This document shows, one piece after another, positions 63,117-64,000 of a stretch of 64,000 nt of DNA. This DNA comes from an uncultured Limosilactobacillus sp. (GTDB taxonomy: Bacteria; Bacillota; Bacilli; Lactobacillales; Lactobacillaceae), in assembly GCF_934202705.1 (NCBI RefSeq), contig NZ_CAKPYE010000008.1, positions 12,528 through 76,527 of the forward strand, written 5' to 3'. The notes under the pieces were generated by a model that was given only the letters and a program-made list of their open reading frames with translations, made no database searches and was not told the origin of the DNA. The first letter of the stretch is position 1, and each line of letters starts with the position of its first letter. Both the position numbers and the translations under genes were made by a program.

Positions 63117-64000
63117 ATGAATCTTCATCCAGATTATCTTTTAAATGACGTTGAGGAGCCCGAAGATATTAAAGGGATGTCCTTGGATCAACTACACGAA
63201 CTTGCTGACGAAATGCGTCAGTTGATTTTGGAACGTGACGAGAAAATTGGTGGTCACGTTGGACCAAACTTGGGCATTGTAGAAACGACGATTGCTTACC
63301 ACTATGTTTTTGATTCACCACATGATAAAGTCGTTTGGGATGTTTCCCACCAGTCATATCCGCACAAGATGCTGACCGGACGAGCTCAAGGTTTCTTAGA
63401 TCCAGACCATTATGAAGATGTTTCTGGTTTTACTTCACCTGAAGAAAGTGATCATGACTTTTTTGAAGTTGGCCATACTTCCACTTCCATTGCTTTGGCA
63501 ATTGGTATGGCCCAGGCGCGCGATCTGCAAAATAAGCATGAAAACGTTGTGGCAATTATTGGTGATGGCTCGCTTAGTGGTGGATTAGCTTTTGAAGGCT
63601 TAAACAATGCGGCCAAGCTTCACTCGAACCTGATCATCGTGGTTAATGATAATAATATGTCAATTGATCATAATCAGGGTGGCCTTTACCAAGGCTTGAA
63701 AGAATTGCGCGACACCAAAGGCCAGTCAGCAAATAACATTTTTAAATTTATGGGGCTGGATTACCGTTATGTTCCCGATGGCAATGATTTGCAAGCAATG
63801 ATTAATGTCTTTAAAGATGTCAAAGATATTGATCACCCCATCGTGCTCCATGTCCATACTCTAAAAGGAGCTGGCTATCAACCAGCCATTGATAATGAAA
63901 TGGCTTATCATTGGCGCGGACCTTTTGATGGTGCTACTGGCAAGAGTACTACCCCACAGCCCAAGGAATCATACAGTGAAGCAGTAATTGATGAACTATT
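63117..64000 (+). CDS. dxs: 1-deoxy-D-xylulose-5-phosphate synthase; 3' end cut by window edge (absent from supplied track)
   Basis: ATG 63117 after aaggag. Open to the window end. GGHVGPNLG, GHTSTS, IIGDGSLSGGLAFEGLNN (ThDP-binding GDG...N) and VNDNNMSI motifs. Confidence 0.9.
   Translation, partial: MNLHPDYLLNDVEEPEDIKGMSLDQLHELADEMRQLILERDEKIGGHVGPNLGIVETTIAYHYVFDSPHDKVVWDVSHQSYPHKMLTGRAQGFLDPDHYEDVSGFTSPEESDHDFFEVGHTSTSIALAIGMAQARDLQNKHENVVAIIGDGSLSGGLAFEGLNNAAKLHSNLIIVVNDNNMSIDHNQGGLYQGLKELRDTKGQSANNIFKFMGLDYRYVPDGNDLQAMINVFKDVKDIDHPIVLHVHTLKGAGYQPAIDNEMAYHWRGPFDGATGKSTTPQPKESYSEAVIDEL

Noticed and set aside
1-64000. CRISPR arrays, rRNA/tRNA genes, IS elements/transposases and prophage structural genes
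   Set aside because: No regularly spaced short repeats, no tRNA-like cloverleaf candidates and no transposase-like ORFs were recognised anywhere in the window. The only recombinase is the shufflon tyrosine recombinase.

Overview
This is a 64-kb chromosomal segment of a low-GC Gram-positive bacterium. The gene content looks like Lactobacillaceae: cydABCD next to a DHNA prenyltransferase, a polyprenyl synthase and a type-II NADH dehydrogenase; T-box leaders; a KxYKxGKxW/LPXTG MucBP adhesin; a ComX-like sigma factor; and a CrcB pair. The species cannot be determined from the sequence alone. Most of the window is ordinary metabolism, transport and regulation.

The outstanding region is a visibly AT-richer accessory island at about 7.1-21.3 kb. 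It holds, in order:
- A Type I R-M locus: hsdM, a half hsdS, an inverted promoterless hsdS cassette, a tyrosine recombinase, a second hsdS and hsdR. Short inverted and direct repeats sit in the conserved central hsdS region, which makes the locus a specificity shufflon.
- Inside that locus, a 2,163-bp tandem duplication with no differences seen (silent cassette + recombinase + TRD1-B).
- An Mrr-like nuclease followed by a 5'-truncated, nonsense-mutated mrr remnant.
- Two co-oriented uncharacterised genes: a 466-aa internally duplicated protein and a 201-aa DUF3841-like protein. This pair is the best candidate in the window for an undescribed defence-type module.

Other notable points:
- Two T-box leaders, upstream of an aminotransferase and of brnQ.
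- Two Y-family polymerase/YolD-like operons that share an identical 16-bp Cheo/LexA-like box.
- A ComX-like sigma factor divergent from an unknown 247-aa gene.
- A promoter-leader-terminator arrangement immediately upstream of an MFS exporter.
- An orphan copY with its cop box.
- Several small SD-preceded ORFs that are missing from the supplied track.

No rRNA, tRNA, CRISPR array or IS/transposase was recognised. All family assignments come from motif recognition by eye; no database search was run.
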